From: Mobula hypostoma
Lineage: Eukaryota
DNA length: 64,000 nucleotides
Assembly: GCF_963921235.1 (NCBI RefSeq)
Contig: NC_086108.1
Location: 45,324,001-45,388,000, forward strand
Reading direction: 5' to 3'
Shown here: positions 13,568 through 26,158 of the stretch, one piece after another
Numbering within the stretch: position 1 is the stretch's first letter
Layout of the letters: each line of letters begins with the position of its first letter
The notes under the pieces: generated by a model
What the model was told of the DNA's origin: nothing
Database searches by the model: none
Seen by the model: the letters and a program-made list of their open reading frames with translations, nothing else
Made by a program: the position numbers and the translations under genes

Positions 13568-13738
13568 GTTACCAAGGAAGTTTTCACACCATGCAGCACG
13601 CTTTCCAGTACAGTGATTCATTTAGAACAATGGAGCAAGCTACGATTCACAACTCCCTTTCAGCAGATGATTCACATTGCCCTAGTCCAGTTCAGCATAA
13701 TGGCTACCATTCATGCATTGCACATGCAAGTCTATCAG
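13568..13738 (+). CDS. GLIS1: GLIS family zinc-finger gene (GLIS1-like), penultimate coding exon
   Basis: Acceptor tgttctcag|GT and donor TCAG|gtaaag. 171 nt, phase 1-1. Encodes GYQGSFHTMQHAFQYSDSFRTME...HNGYHS, matching the recalled GLIS1 GYQGSFHSIQ.CF.YGD.YR...NGYHS. Confidence 0.9.
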
Positions 13739-14279
13739 GTAAAGAGTGGGACAGATTTACGAGCATGTTGCTCATGTTAATGTGCTATTTCTTTCTTTCT
13801 CTTCCACATGGATATGACTTCGATTTTACATGAATGTATAGTAGTATTATCGCTTCCAGAAAACTAAAAAAAAACACATCATAATCCCTCATACAAGAAG
13901 TAATTTCGTGATACTTGCTGACTTGTTTATTACTTAAGTCAATCTAGCAGCCACTACCACTTCCAGGTAAAGATTTTGTTGAGTTAAAACTAGATTGTAA
14001 GATATCTTTGAATACTTTTACAAGGCACAGAGACCGATTGGTAGTCACTTACATTTTTCATGCTAATAAAAGGATGTTTAAGCCTAACTTGTTTTTGTTT
14101 TGCAATGATTAAAAAATATTTTAGAGTAATAATTTGGTTTGTACCTTTTCACCAAATAACTTAGAAGAAAAATGAGTGGGATAACAATAACCAAATAGTG
14201 TCAGGAAGACAGTCTGAACAAAAGAGGCCACTACAAATAGAGTCCAGGATTACAAACAATGATAACAAGATAAAAAGGT

Positions 14280-16555
14280 CAACAAATAAATCTAAGCATG
14301 CTGGATTTTTGCATTTTTAATACGATTATCAAATTCGCTGTGCAAATTTTGCAAATGGACGCCCTGTACTTGTTACAGAAGAGATGTGGTTACAGGGTGA
14401 CCTAGGTTGGGAACTAAATATTCATATTTAGAAATGACAAGCAAAAAGCAAAAGAAGGTGGGTGGCTCTTAAATGAAAGCTAAACACTGAGCAATAGTGA
14501 GGAAGGACACTAATTCAGAACATCAAGATTTAGAATAAGCATTGGTGGCACTATGAAATGCTAAGGCACAGAAAGCACTGGTGGGATTCATCTAGTAGAC
14601 ATGCATGTAAGAAGTGTTCTGCAGTGATAGAGATTGCCAAAACATATCAGTAATAAAACTGGAGCATGAATTCTGGAGGGAGACCAAAACTTTGAGGAGC
14701 CAGGCTATCCTCATTTGGGATACAATGAGAAAGGGCTCATTTGTAATTTTATTGTGCATGGTGCTTCAGGGGAAATGAGCACAATAAGAAAGCTTAAATA
14801 AGGTACAAAGTGAAGTAATTTGATCTGAAACTAGTGTACAAATTTTAAACAAAGAATGCTATGAAGGTGGGAAAAGTAAGAGTCTGCCTTGGTAGATTGA
14901 GAAGATTCATTAAAATACTTGATAGTTAAGTGGGAATAACTAGTACTTAAGCAAAGAATGATAGGAACTGTAATAGTTTTACATTCCTTTCTTGTATGAA
15001 AGAAAAACAAAGAAAAAAATGATCCAATGATGGGTTGGAAAAGAAGCTACAAATTGTATAAGATCCAAAGTCCAGAATGAATGCATATAAACTTTCTGAA
15101 AAAGTAGTAAGCCTTGTGAATGGGAGCATTTTAGAATTCAGTCAAAAAGGTGCAAGAGAGGAGAAATAGAATATGAGAGTAAACTTGCAAGAACATAACT
15201 GTAGTAATAAGTAAAGAGAAAAAAGAATCGTGAAGACAAATGTATACCTCTCAAAGTAAGTAATGGAAGAATTTATTATGGGGAAGGAAAGAAAATGGCA
15301 GAGCAATTAAAAAAATACTTTGATTCTGTCTTTTTGGAAAAGGGGTGCTAATTACTTCCTAGAAATGCCAGGGAACCAAGAGTCAAATAAAAAGGAAGAA
15401 TTAAAGGAAATTAGTACCAGTAAAAAGTATGTACTAAAGAAATAGAGACTGAAAGCCTAAAAGAGAGGAAGCCACGGAAGTAATTGATACTTTGGTTGTC
15501 ATCTTCTAAAATTTTACAGTTTATGGAGGAGGACATTTTTTATATATTGTGAAGAATCCACAAGAGGCTTCAAGGTGATTTATATTAAAAACAATTAAGC
15601 GAGTTGTCAAACTAGAGTTTGGAAGAATCTGAGGGAGTCTTATTGAAGCATATAAAATTCTAATAGGATTTGCAGATGTACACTCAGTGTACACTTTATT
15701 AGGTACCTCAGGTACCTCCTGTACCAAATAAAGTGACCACTGAGTATATGTTCATGGTCTTCAGTTGCTGTATCCCGTCCATTTCAAGGTTTAACGTGTT
15801 GTGCGTTCAGAGATGCTCTTCTGCACACTGCAGTTGCAACACACAGTTATTTGAGTTACTGTCACCTTCCTGTTACTTTGAATAAGTTTGGTCATTCTCC
15901 TATGACCTCGCTCATTAACAAGGCATTTTCATCCACAGAATTGCCACTAGTTTCTCACACCATTCTCTGAAAACTCTAGAGACAGCATGAACATCCCAGG
16001 AGATCAGCAGTTTCTGAGATACTCAATTCACTTTTTCTGGTTCCAGCAATCACTCCATGGTCAAAGTCACCTCGATCACATTTCTTCACTATTCTGATAT
16101 TTGTTCTGAACAACAAATGAACCTCCTGACCACGTCTGCATGCTTTTATGCATTGAGTTGTTGCCATTTGATTGGCTGATTAGTTAGTTGCATTAACGAG
16201 CAGGTGCACAAGTGTACCTAATAAAGTAACCACAGAGTGTATATGAGACGGATGTTTCAAATGGTTGACAGTTAGCCTGATTTGAAAACACTCTCAGGAT
16301 ATACAGGATAACGTTTCGGACTAAGGTGAGGAGAAATTGCTTTGCTTAGAAGATTGTAAACCAATGGAATACTTTGCCACAAAAAAATTGGTGGAGATCA
16401 GGTTGTTGAATGTACTTAAGATGTTACATAGATTTCTGAACACAGAAGGCATCAAGAGATAACGAGATAGAGGATCAGTCACTATCATACTGAATGGTGA
16501 AACCACTTATTAGGGCTGATAAATCTTCTCCTGCCCTCTTTTCTATGTTTCTGTA
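14280..16555 (+). mobile_element. Highly decayed CR1 LINE interrupted by a Tc1-type element
   Basis: Remnants include VTEEMWLQGD, KYFDSVF and a 3' end cttctcctgccctcttttctatgtttct. No intact ORF. Confidence 0.6.
15681..16239 (-). mobile_element. Non-autonomous Tc1-derived element (MITE-like)
   Basis: TA-flanked TIRs CACTCAGTGTACACTTTATTAGGTAC and GTACCTAATAAAGTAACCACAGAGTG. Contains a transposase HTH remnant DFDHGVIAGTRKSELSISETADLLG (ORF 15976-16167). Confidence 0.8.
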
Positions 16556-17199
16556 ACAAATATTTCAAATAAATTAGATGTTGTGATTGAACTCAACGAT
16601 GTCTTTGTCAGACTTTATCTGATGCTAATTACTGTACTGAAAATGAGAGACATCAATCAAGCTGCAGTTATTGTAGAACAGGACACAGTGCCATTTTTAA
16701 TGCCAGGACCCTCAGTTTTAGAACAGTTTGTTGTCTTTGAGATGGAAGTGCTTAAGGATGATCTTGTAGAGGTTATTAAAATGGAAAATGATAACAAATT
16801 TATCCAGATGTAGATCGAAATAGATTAGGTATGGTTAACTTCGGGACCACTGTCAAGAACTGCATGAACAGGAGTAAGAAGGTCGTCTGCATCATCTGGA
16901 TTTATCCGATTGGTGGAATGATGAAGTGAAAACCGTGCAATAAATTGAAGTTACTTGCCATTGCTGGTGAGGCCCACTTGAAATACTGTGCACGGTTTTT
17001 ATTTCCCTTACCTAAAAAATGATATATGCAATAGCATTGGAGGCAGTCCAAAGGACATGCATCAGACTAATTCCTGGGATGAGAGGGTTGTCTTATCAAG
17101 ACATTTTGAGTGTATTTACCCTGGACTTTAGAAGAATAATAGTTTTCAGATAAAATCCTCAGGGAGCTTGACAGGGTGGATGTTGAGATAATTTCACTC

Positions 17200-17560
17200 C
17201 AGGCAGTCCCCAGGTTACTGCAGGCTCTGTTCCGGAGAGTTGTTAGTAACCTGAACTGTTTATGTCTGACAGAAACATGATGTTTGGGGATGGATCACAG
17301 AAACAGTGGGGATGGGAGGGTAAGCAGCCCTAGCTGGCCTCACTGACTCGCTGAGTAAGCAAGTGAGCCTGCTCAGCACTGTAGCTCTTCATGGATCAGC
17401 CCCATGACCGTTGTGCTATAGGGGCCAGGCTTGTGGGAGAGAAGATGCCTGCAGCCCTTCACAGCCAGAAAATCCATTCCCACCCATCCTGCTGGTCTTC
17501 CAAAAACTCATTCATATTTATGGGATGTCTATAAGCCAGTCATTTGTAAACCAGGATACT
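17200..17560. mobile_element. Possible Tigger/pogo-like MITE inside a decayed CR1
   Basis: Imperfect termini caggcagtccccaggttac and gtaaaccaggatactg. CR1 remnants lie on both sides. Confidence 0.4.
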
Positions 17561-18569
17561 GGGAAGAGAGAATACAAAGTTGGTAGGGAACAGCCATATA
17601 AGGCTACCATCAGGATCTTGTGATTCAAGTCCACTTTTACGTTGATCTTCAATGCAAGAGATATGAATGGTATTTCTCTGTATTGTGAGAAGATCAGCAA
17701 GGTTTGCAATTAGGCTCCCTTTTGGTAATAATGAGTGCATTCATGTTAAAAAAGAATTGATAGAGAATTGTGGTAGACAGTAAAACCATTGCCTAGAGGT
17801 TGTGGTCAGCAATGAGGCACCCACACTTAACTTGTGGATTGTGTAGTCAATTACTTAGAAGAACCTGGGAAAACTGACTAAGCCACAATCAACTGTCAAA
17901 ATGTTTGATAACTAAACTTTCAGAAAGATCCAAAAACTACAACAAAAATTTTCAAACTATGTAAAAACCTATGTAAAAATTCAAAACACTTAAACAACTT
18001 TAAAGGAAATCAAAGGCAAACATTTATATAAACAAAATAAATGATCAATTAGGTAAGTGAATGAGTTACTGTTCCTGCACTGTCTCATCTGCTAATTGTT
18101 TGAGCAGATTTGTTATTACGTGTTGTAACAAAACACCACAACTTTGTAGTCCATCGTAGGAATGTAAAATCCATTTTGGAGTTTAGAAAGTTACTTCCCA
18201 TTGCTGTATTAAGTTCTCCCTTTCATACTGCAGGAAAATTAACGACAGTGTATTGTTTAATAAATATTTCTTTAAAGTGCAAGTACCTTATGGAGAGAGT
18301 AGGTAGTTACATACAGCTGTTTGCTCTGTTGAGAACTACAGGTGATGGTGATTGGCAATTTTAATTTGTTGATTAAAACTGTAGAGGCCTGGCTTTTAAA
18401 TAGAGAAGCACTAAAAAAAATGCACAAAATAGCCAGCCTGCAATGTAGGTAATGATATTTGGTGCTCACAAAGTAAAAGTTACATGGCTGTCATATGATT
18501 TATACAGTTAAACAAAATTCAGTGATGAAGGGTTTGGTTTGTCTGCTGATCTCATTGTAATTACATGTA

Positions 18570-20217
18570 TAGTGGCATGCAAAAGTTTGGGTACCCTGTC
18601 AAAATTTCTGTTACTGTGAATAGCTAAGCGTGTAAAAAAATGACCGGATTTCCAAAAGGCATAAAGTTAAAGATGACACATTTCTTTAATAATTTAAGTA
18701 AGATTACTTTTTTATTCCCATCTTTTACAGTTTCAAAATAACAAAAAAGGAAAAGGGCCCGAAGCAAAAGTTTGGGCACCCTGCATGGACAGTACTTAGT
18801 AACACCCCCTTTGACAAGTATCACAGCTTGTAAATGCTTTCTGTAGCCAGCTAAGAGTCTTTCAATTCTTGTTTGGAGAATTTTCACCCATTCTTCCTTG
18901 CAAAAGGCTTCTAGTTCTGTGAGATTCTTGGGCTGTCTTGCATTCGCTGTTCTTTTGAGGTCTATCCACAGATTCTCGATGATGTTTAGGTCAGGGGACT
19001 GTGAGGGTCATGGCAAAACCTTCAGCTTGCGCCTCTTGAGGTAGCCCATTGTGGATTTTGAGGTGTGTTTCGGATAGTCATACAATTTGTCCCATTATCA
19101 TTGATCATTATCCTGTTGTAGAAGCCATCCTCTTTTCACCTTCAGCTTTTTTACAGGTAGTGTGATGTTTGCTTCCAGAATTTGCTGGTATTTAATTGAA
19201 TTCATTCTTCCCTCTACCAGTGAAATGTTCCCCGTGCCACTGGCTGCAACACAAGCCCAAAGCATGATCGATCTACCCCGGTGCTTAACAGTTGGAGAGG
19301 TGTTCTTTTCATGAAACTCTGCACCCTTTTTTCTCCAAACATACCTTTGCTCATTGCGGCCAAAAAGTTCTAATTTAACTTCATCAGTCCACAAGACTTG
19401 TTTCCAAAATACATCAGGCTTGTTTAGATGTTTCTTTGCAAACTTCTGACGCTGAATTTGTGGTGAGGACGCAGGAAAGGTTTTCTTCTGATGACTCTTC
19501 CATGAAGGTCATATTTGTACAGGTGTCACTGCACAGTAGAACAGTGCACCACCACTTCATCTGCTAAATCTTCCTGAGGGTCTTTTGCAGTCAAACTGGG
19601 GTCTTGATTTGCCTTTCTAGCAATCCTATGAGCAGTTCTCTTGGAAAGTTTTCTTTGTCTTCCAGACCTCAGCTTGACCTCCACCGTTTCTGTTAACTGC
19701 CATTTCTTAATTACATTATGAACTGAGGAAACAGCTACATGAAAATGCTTTGCTATCTTCTTTTCGCCTTCTCCTGCTTTGTGGGCATCATTTATTTTAA
19801 TTTTCAGAGTGCTAGGCAGCTGTTTAGAGGAGTCCATGGCTGCTGATTGTTGGGACAAGGTTTGAGGAGTCAGGGTATTTATAAAGCTTTGAAATTTGCA
19901 CCATCTGGCCTTTCCTAATGATGACTGTGAACAAGCCATAGCCCTAACAAGCTAATGAAGGTCTGAGACCTTGGGAAAAGTTATCTGAGAGCTCAAATCT
20001 CTTGGGGTGCCCAAACTTTTGCATGGTGCTCCTTTCCTTGTTATCACTCTAAAATTGTACAAAACAAAAATAATACACTAATCTTGCTTAAAATGTTGAA
20101 AAGAATGTTTCGTCTTTAACTTTATGACTTTTGGAGATCAGTTCATCTTCTACTCACTTTACTATTCACAGTAACAGAAATTTTGACCAGGGGTGCCCAA
20201 ACTTTTTCATGCCACTG
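18570..20217 (-). mobile_element. Full-length Tc1 transposon (IR/DR type) with inactivated transposase
   Basis: TA-flanked inverted repeats of about 210 bp, each with an internal repeat of CAAAAGTTTGGGCACCC. Transposase pieces: MDSSKQL... HTH (ORF 19526-19939), WTDEVKLELFG, LQQDND and SPDLNIIENLW (DDE motifs). Disrupted by frameshifts and an insertion of about 30 bp near 19076-19105. Confidence 0.93.
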
Positions 20218-20599
20218 TATATTGATCAGATAAAAGTTGAAGTAGATCTTGCTAAGTGACAATTCATCTACAGCTTTGGTTTCTGGAACTGAACATACCT
20301 GAGATAAAATTCCATTGAATATTGCAGCTCCTTTAAAGTCCAAGATATGTTAACTACCGCATTTAGGTTTAAAAATTCTTTCAGCTCAGTGGTGTTAGAT
20401 ACTTTCTTACGTGCCAGAACAGTAGAGATTTTTCTGTTCAAGTTGTCAAGGGCTAACACCACTTTGGTTCAGCCGTGTATTTCCAGGAAAGAAGTATGCC
20501 ACCTTACAAGATGGTTCTTGGAAACGTGGCTTCACAGCCATGACAATGCAGCTAACTCTGAATTACCCTCTGAAATGACTGAATTAAGATATTGTTGAA

Positions 20600-21417
20600 A
20601 GTAAATAGAATAATAACCATAGCAGAATCAATGAAAGACTGCATCGACTTGGGCATTAAACCAGTGTGCAAAAGATAACAAACTGTGCAAATACAAAAAT
20701 AAAGAAATAATAATAAATAAACAATAAATATTGAGAACATGAGATGAATTGTCCTTGAAAGTGAGTCCATAGGTTGTGGGAACATTTCAATGATGGGGCA
20801 AGTGAAGTTGAGTGAATTTATCAAGCGTCTGATGGTTGAGGGGTGATAACTGTTCCTGAACCTGGTGGTGTGAGTCCTGAGGCTTCTATAGCTTCTTCCT
20901 GATGGCAGCAGTAAGAAGAGAGCATGATCTGGCTGGTGAGGGTCCCTGATGATGGATGGTGCTTTCCTGCGACAACATTTAGTGTAGATGTGCTCAATGG
21001 TGGGAAGGGCTTTACCTATGATGAACTGGGCCATATCCACTACTTTTTGTAGTGTTTTCTGTTTAAGGGCATTGGTTCCATACCAGGCTGTGATGCAGCC
21101 AGTCAATACACTCTCCACTACACATCTATAGATGTTTGCCAAAGTTTTAAATGTCATGCTGAATCCTCACAAGCTCCTAAGGAAGTTGAGGTGGTGGCAT
21201 GCTTTCTTTGTAATTGCACTTATATGCTGGGTCCAGGGCCAGTCTTCTAAAATGATAACACCGAGGAATATAAAGTTGCAGACACTCTCCTCCTCCAGTC
21301 CACCAACGAGGATTCGCTCATGGACTTCTGGTTTCCTTCTCCTGAAGTCAATAATCAGCTTTGTGGTTTTGCTGACATTGAGTAAGAGGTTGTTTTTATG
21401 GCACCACTCAGCCAGAT
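20600..21417 (-). mobile_element. Rex/Babar LINE 3' fragment
   Basis: ORF 20552-21157 YRCVVESVLTGCITAWYG...IIRDPHQPDHALFLLLPSGR...RFRNSY. Confidence 0.85.
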
Positions 21418-23031
21418 TAAGAACAACAATGTTAAAAACTCTTATTAAATATTGATATTCAAAATGAATAACGAATATTGAGTACTGAGCAACTTGAATA
21501 TTTAACTCAAGGACAATTTAAGTTGAAGTCACCAGAGACACTCAGATTCTGCAGTTTTAAAAGGTGCTAACAACATTGCTAAAGGGTTCCACTTCTCACA
21601 CTATGAAGTAAAGAAAAAGCTTGCATGCCTGCTTTTCCTCCATTGATAGGAACCAACTTCAGTTTTCATAGACAGCAACAACACCTGGCTAGCTCCTATC
21701 CCCCCAGAAACTTACGGTTGAAGGCAAAAGAAATTACTGATAGCATTATATGTAACAACAAATTCTTGCTTCTTAAATCCAACAACAAATACAGACTGAA
21801 CACATGTCTAATACTGATTATCTTTCAAATGCATTCTGTTTGTGCACCAGGTTAATTTTCTCAAACAGTATTTTATCTTGATGGTATAACATTGATAAAA
21901 TTAATTTGCTTTCTTTCTGAGTGTAACTAGAAATAAACAGAATCCATTTAGATGTCTTTGTCAGTTACTTAAAGGCCTTTTTCCAGTCACAGGTTGTAAT
22001 TATGCAGCCTCAACCATGCCAAGATAGCTTATCACTGAATTGAAATGTCTAGTGAACTAAACTACACTACCTATTAAATTTAGTAAATTTATGCACTGTC
22101 AAATTTAATTCAGCACTTTTTTAATTCACTGTATCAGTGTCTGAACTGGACAAAGTTGTATTTATAGTTATTTGGTCATCTTAACTTTGCTTTGTTAAAT
22201 GTGGTGTCTTTGTCAAAATTTAGTTCAAGTACTTTGAGGTATTTAATAACAATTAGATGATGTTAACTATTAATTTTTAAAATAAAGATTAAACTCTGAT
22301 TATTAATTATAAAACCTAACATCCACTATTTTATCCTAAATACAGCAATATTATAAATATGCTCTATTATTAAAGTATAATTTGTTTGGAAACTATCTTT
22401 CACATTCAGAAATCAGGTTCAAGAATTCTTGTCTGAAATTATTAAACACAATTCAGATGTAAAGGAAACAGCTTTAGCAGACCCTAGTCCAGTTCCCTAA
22501 TAGTCTTGTGTCATAAATACAAAAGCAGAAAGTGAATGACAATTTCCTGGAGAGTGGAATGAATACAAAAATGGAAATGTCATATTACTGTGTTAGGACT
22601 CACTCTTTGGAGTTGGGATAAGCAGAAGGGAGCAATGTTTCCTCTGTATACATCTATAAGAGTAATATAAAAACTATTTTAGTACATGCAAAGCATATAT
22701 TTTTTTGCATGCATACTGTTCAGGCATTACCAAGAGATTAGTTTTCATGTAAAAGCTCCCCCTATAAACATTTTGAACCTTCAACAGTACAAAACAAGAA
22801 TGGGTAGAAAGAATGACGCAGAACCCATTACCACTTGAAATGCTTCCAAGAATTGCATTTCTGTGCTAACTTTATCAGCTTATGCCTTATCATATGAAAG
22901 CATATAGTGGTTATACTGATCCTGCTTCCTTTTCTGTGATTTGTGCACTCATCTATTGAGGCTTTGTGCTGAGACTGAAAGTTTGCAGAATTACTGCCAT
23001 TGATAGTATACATGTGGAATTCTCTCCATAG

Positions 23032-23168
23032 GGTTTGACATTGTCCCAGAATCTCAAGGCACATTTGGAGAAACACTTCATAATGAACCAGAAGACAATG
23101 GACTCTTCCAGATTAGCACCGTTGACCGATGTCTGAATCAGCTGTCCTCTGTTTATACAGAGACCTGA
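23032..23168 (+). CDS. GLIS1: GLIS family zinc-finger gene (GLIS1-like), last coding exon with stop codon
   Basis: Acceptor ttctctccatag|GG, phase 1. Encodes GFDIVPESQGTFGETLHNEPEDNGLFQISTVDRCLNQLSSVYTET*, matching the conserved GLIS1/GLIS3 C-terminus. TGA at 23166-23168. Confidence 0.9.
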
Positions 23169-24007
23169 AACCACCTTTAACCTTACTGGACTAACAACTG
23201 CCTGGTGTGCCTCTGTTCAAGTTACATTCAAAGACTTAGGCAAATATATTGGAATAGTCAACGTATCTCATTGCATTTCCAACTCCAAATGCTGATCATC
23301 CAAAGTGAAATGATTATAGGTGGATATTAGAGTATGTACACAATCCTCATGAGCCTCTCACTGCATATATTAATGAAATCAGCACAGCTGTCATTGTAAA
23401 ATTAAGCTTCATCATTTCTGTAAACTTCTTTCTGCTTATGTACGATTGACCGGAAGGAACCCCAAACACTTTCAACTTATGATAAGGGTCCCTTCTAAAA
23501 CTCAGTGTTACTGGTCCAAATTGAAATGTCCGAAAAGTCACACAATTGCATACTATCTGATGTGGTGCGCATTGCAAGTGCTTGCTAACCTAATGAACGG
23601 GGATGTTCAACAATGTTTTAACAAATAAAAAAACGAGATAACTTTCACTATCATTCTGAATATTCTTCGAAAGGTCAAGCATCACTCTTGATGCTATTGC
23701 ATCTATTCATCTTGAGGGAATATTTAAAACTTTCAACTCCCCCAGCTATAATCAAAAATGTACAAATACATATCCATCTTCATATCTTCACTACAAAATA
23801 TTGGCCTGAGAACAACATCTGTGTTTGTAAGGTGCATTACAACCACCCTTACTGCATCTCATTGTCCACAGAGACAGATAAATCCAACATCCGTTAAATT
23901 TTGCAATTTACTTATATGTACTAGTTTTAAAGGTAAACTTGAAAAAAATGGACATCTACAGTATATCAACTAGAATCTCAAAGATAACTTAACATTTTAA
24001 GTGTTCT

Positions 24008-24196
24008 TGTTGTGTTCTTATTTTTATACGTACCATGGGTTAACAATAAAGAATCATATTCTGGAAGAATTAGAATTTTATTTATAATAACAGAACCAAA
24101 CCATGTTTTTACCAAGCCATGCTCTAGATCATTCTAACATTTCTGCGCATGCTCAGAACTCTTTCCAATCACGTTCTGACACGTCATATCACCACA
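24008..24196 (-). repeat. 3' LTR
   Basis: TG...CA termini. Differs from 26175-26364 by about 18 substitutions and 1 indel (manual count). Preceded on the minus strand by the purine tract AAGGAAAGGAA (PPT, about 24200-24210). Confidence 0.9.
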
Positions 24197-24481
24197 TATT
24201 CCTTTCCTTAAAAAGAAAAACAATTAGCAACATTAACCAAACAAATGCATAATTTAACATGTTTCTATCAGTCTCGCTGGGGGTTTACGAACACGACTAG
24301 ACCTTCTAAGTGGTTCACACAGTTCCTCTGTGTCATTGTTATTTCCATGTTTTATCTGGTCTGCATCAGTTCACTGAAACTCTGAAGTTGGCTCTTTCTT
24401 GAGGCCTTTGCAATTTCTTCTTAACACTGCCCCGCCTTCTGTTTGGACCATGTATGATCTGGGTTGTACTATAAGTATTGT

Positions 24482-24850
24482 AGCTTTCTTAATTCTTTCA
24501 CTTCCATTTGTATTGAAATACGAATCTTCTTCATCTAATTCATTCATTAACCGTGTAATCTCTTTTTTATGCTGAGACTTCATCATTTCAATAAAACTTC
24601 TCAATTCCTTCACTTGTGCTTTCACTTCTTCAGTTGGATCCTGATTCTTGTCACTCTTTGGCTACAGATCAGTATTGTACTGTATCGGCAAGTTTGGCTT
24701 CTATCCTCCTGCAGAGGTGAGATTGTGATGGAATGCATGGCCCATTGATGCATGAGCATTACTTCCAGAGGGCAAAATTGCAACTCCTGGTTTTGGTGGC
24801 AATGCTTCATCAGATGCTGGTAACAAAGGGATGGGTCTGGGAGCTTTCTT
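24482..24850 (-). pseudogene. SH3KBP1: Captured intronless fragment of SH3KBP1/CIN85-like (CD2AP family) C-terminus
   Basis: Reads KKAPRPIPLLPASDEALPPKPG...*KPNLPIQYNTDL*PKSDKNQDPTEEVKAQVKELRSFIEMMKSQHKKEITRLMNELDEE, then KIRISIQMEV in a shifted frame, then ERIKKA. The recalled CIN85 end is LPPKPG...[53 protein letters not shown]. Confidence 0.85.
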
Positions 24851-26158
24851 TATGACTTCATACCCTTTCATCAAGTCACTGTATTCTGACTCTGTGTGAC
24901 TGTCCAAGACTAATACTCTTTTTCATCAAATTCAGTCTCTCACAGGCAGATAAACCCAGTATTGACTGTACATTCCTTGACACTACCACAAATGAAAGCA
25001 TGAGCACAATATTTTTGTGCGATACTTTTGCCTCACATGTTCCTTTAACTGGAAAGTCTGCACCTGAATACCCAGTTACTTTTATATTTGTCTTATGTAA
25101 CCTTGGTCTTGGCTTTAATGCATTAAACTCAGATTCTGCTAGAACATTTACTTACGCCCCAGTAGCAAGTTTAAACAGAATATTGTTTTGGTTCACTTGC
25201 AATGGAATATTCCAGTCATTCTTACTTTGTTTGTTTTTACAAAGCACATCTATATAACACTCCTCAAATTCGTTTTCTAGCACAGCATTTACTTGTTTTA
25301 TTTTCTTTCTACTTCTTTAACAGCATGAAAAATGATTACTCTTACCAGTCGTTGCACATTTTCCCTTACTCTGGACACTGTTTTGGTCGATGCTGCTGCC
25401 CACAGCCATCACACATTTTTTTTTTATCTCAGATGACGTCTTGCTCTCTGTCAGTTTTGTTGTCGTTTTATTATTTCTTCTAATATGTTCGCACTTTTTT
25501 ACAGCATCTACGTGGCAGCTTTCAGTGAAAAGTTCTGTAGCCTGCGGCGTCGTGGTTTCCGAAGTTTTGCAAAGCATCAAAACTTTTTCTAAGTCTAAAT
25601 CTTGTTCTCTTAACAGTCTTTCTCTCAGACCATTATCCTGAATGCCACAAACAATTCTGTCTTTAACGAGAGAGTCTGTCAGTTCTGCAAACTCACATCT
25701 TTTGCTCCAGCGTCTCAATTCAGTAACATATTGATCAATTGTTTCAGCCAATTTCTGCGTACATTTGAAAAAGTTATACTGCTCATACATCACATTACGC
25801 TTCAGTATACAAAATGCTTCAAATTTGTCCATTATCGACTTCAAATTTAAATTATCTCCATCTTCAAAACAAAGTGATTATATATCTTAATTGTGTCGTC
25901 ACCTATTACGTGGAGTAGAAGCGCAGCTTTCATTTTTTCCCCTTTTTTTATCTGCTTCAATGGCCAATAAATGTATTTCAAAACACTGCTTGAATTTTTT
26001 TCCAGTTCTCAGCTACATTCCCAGTCAGCTGAAGTGTCAGTGGAGGTTGCAAACCTTCCATTTTTAAAACTGTTAGCAAACACTAAAACAGTTCAAACTC
26101 TTTTTTTCTTCGATTATCTTCGACTCTTCTGTGTTCGAAAATATATTATTCTTCCAGA

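Noticed and set aside
16583..16813. 76-aa ORF as an additional GLIS exon
   Set aside because: No GLIS similarity, and it merges into CR1-like remnants.
24482..24850. SH3KBP1-like segment as a functional gene or ordinary LINE-made processed pseudogene
   Set aside because: It has two in-frame stops, no splice sites, no 3' UTR or poly(A), and lies between LTR-element pol remnants.
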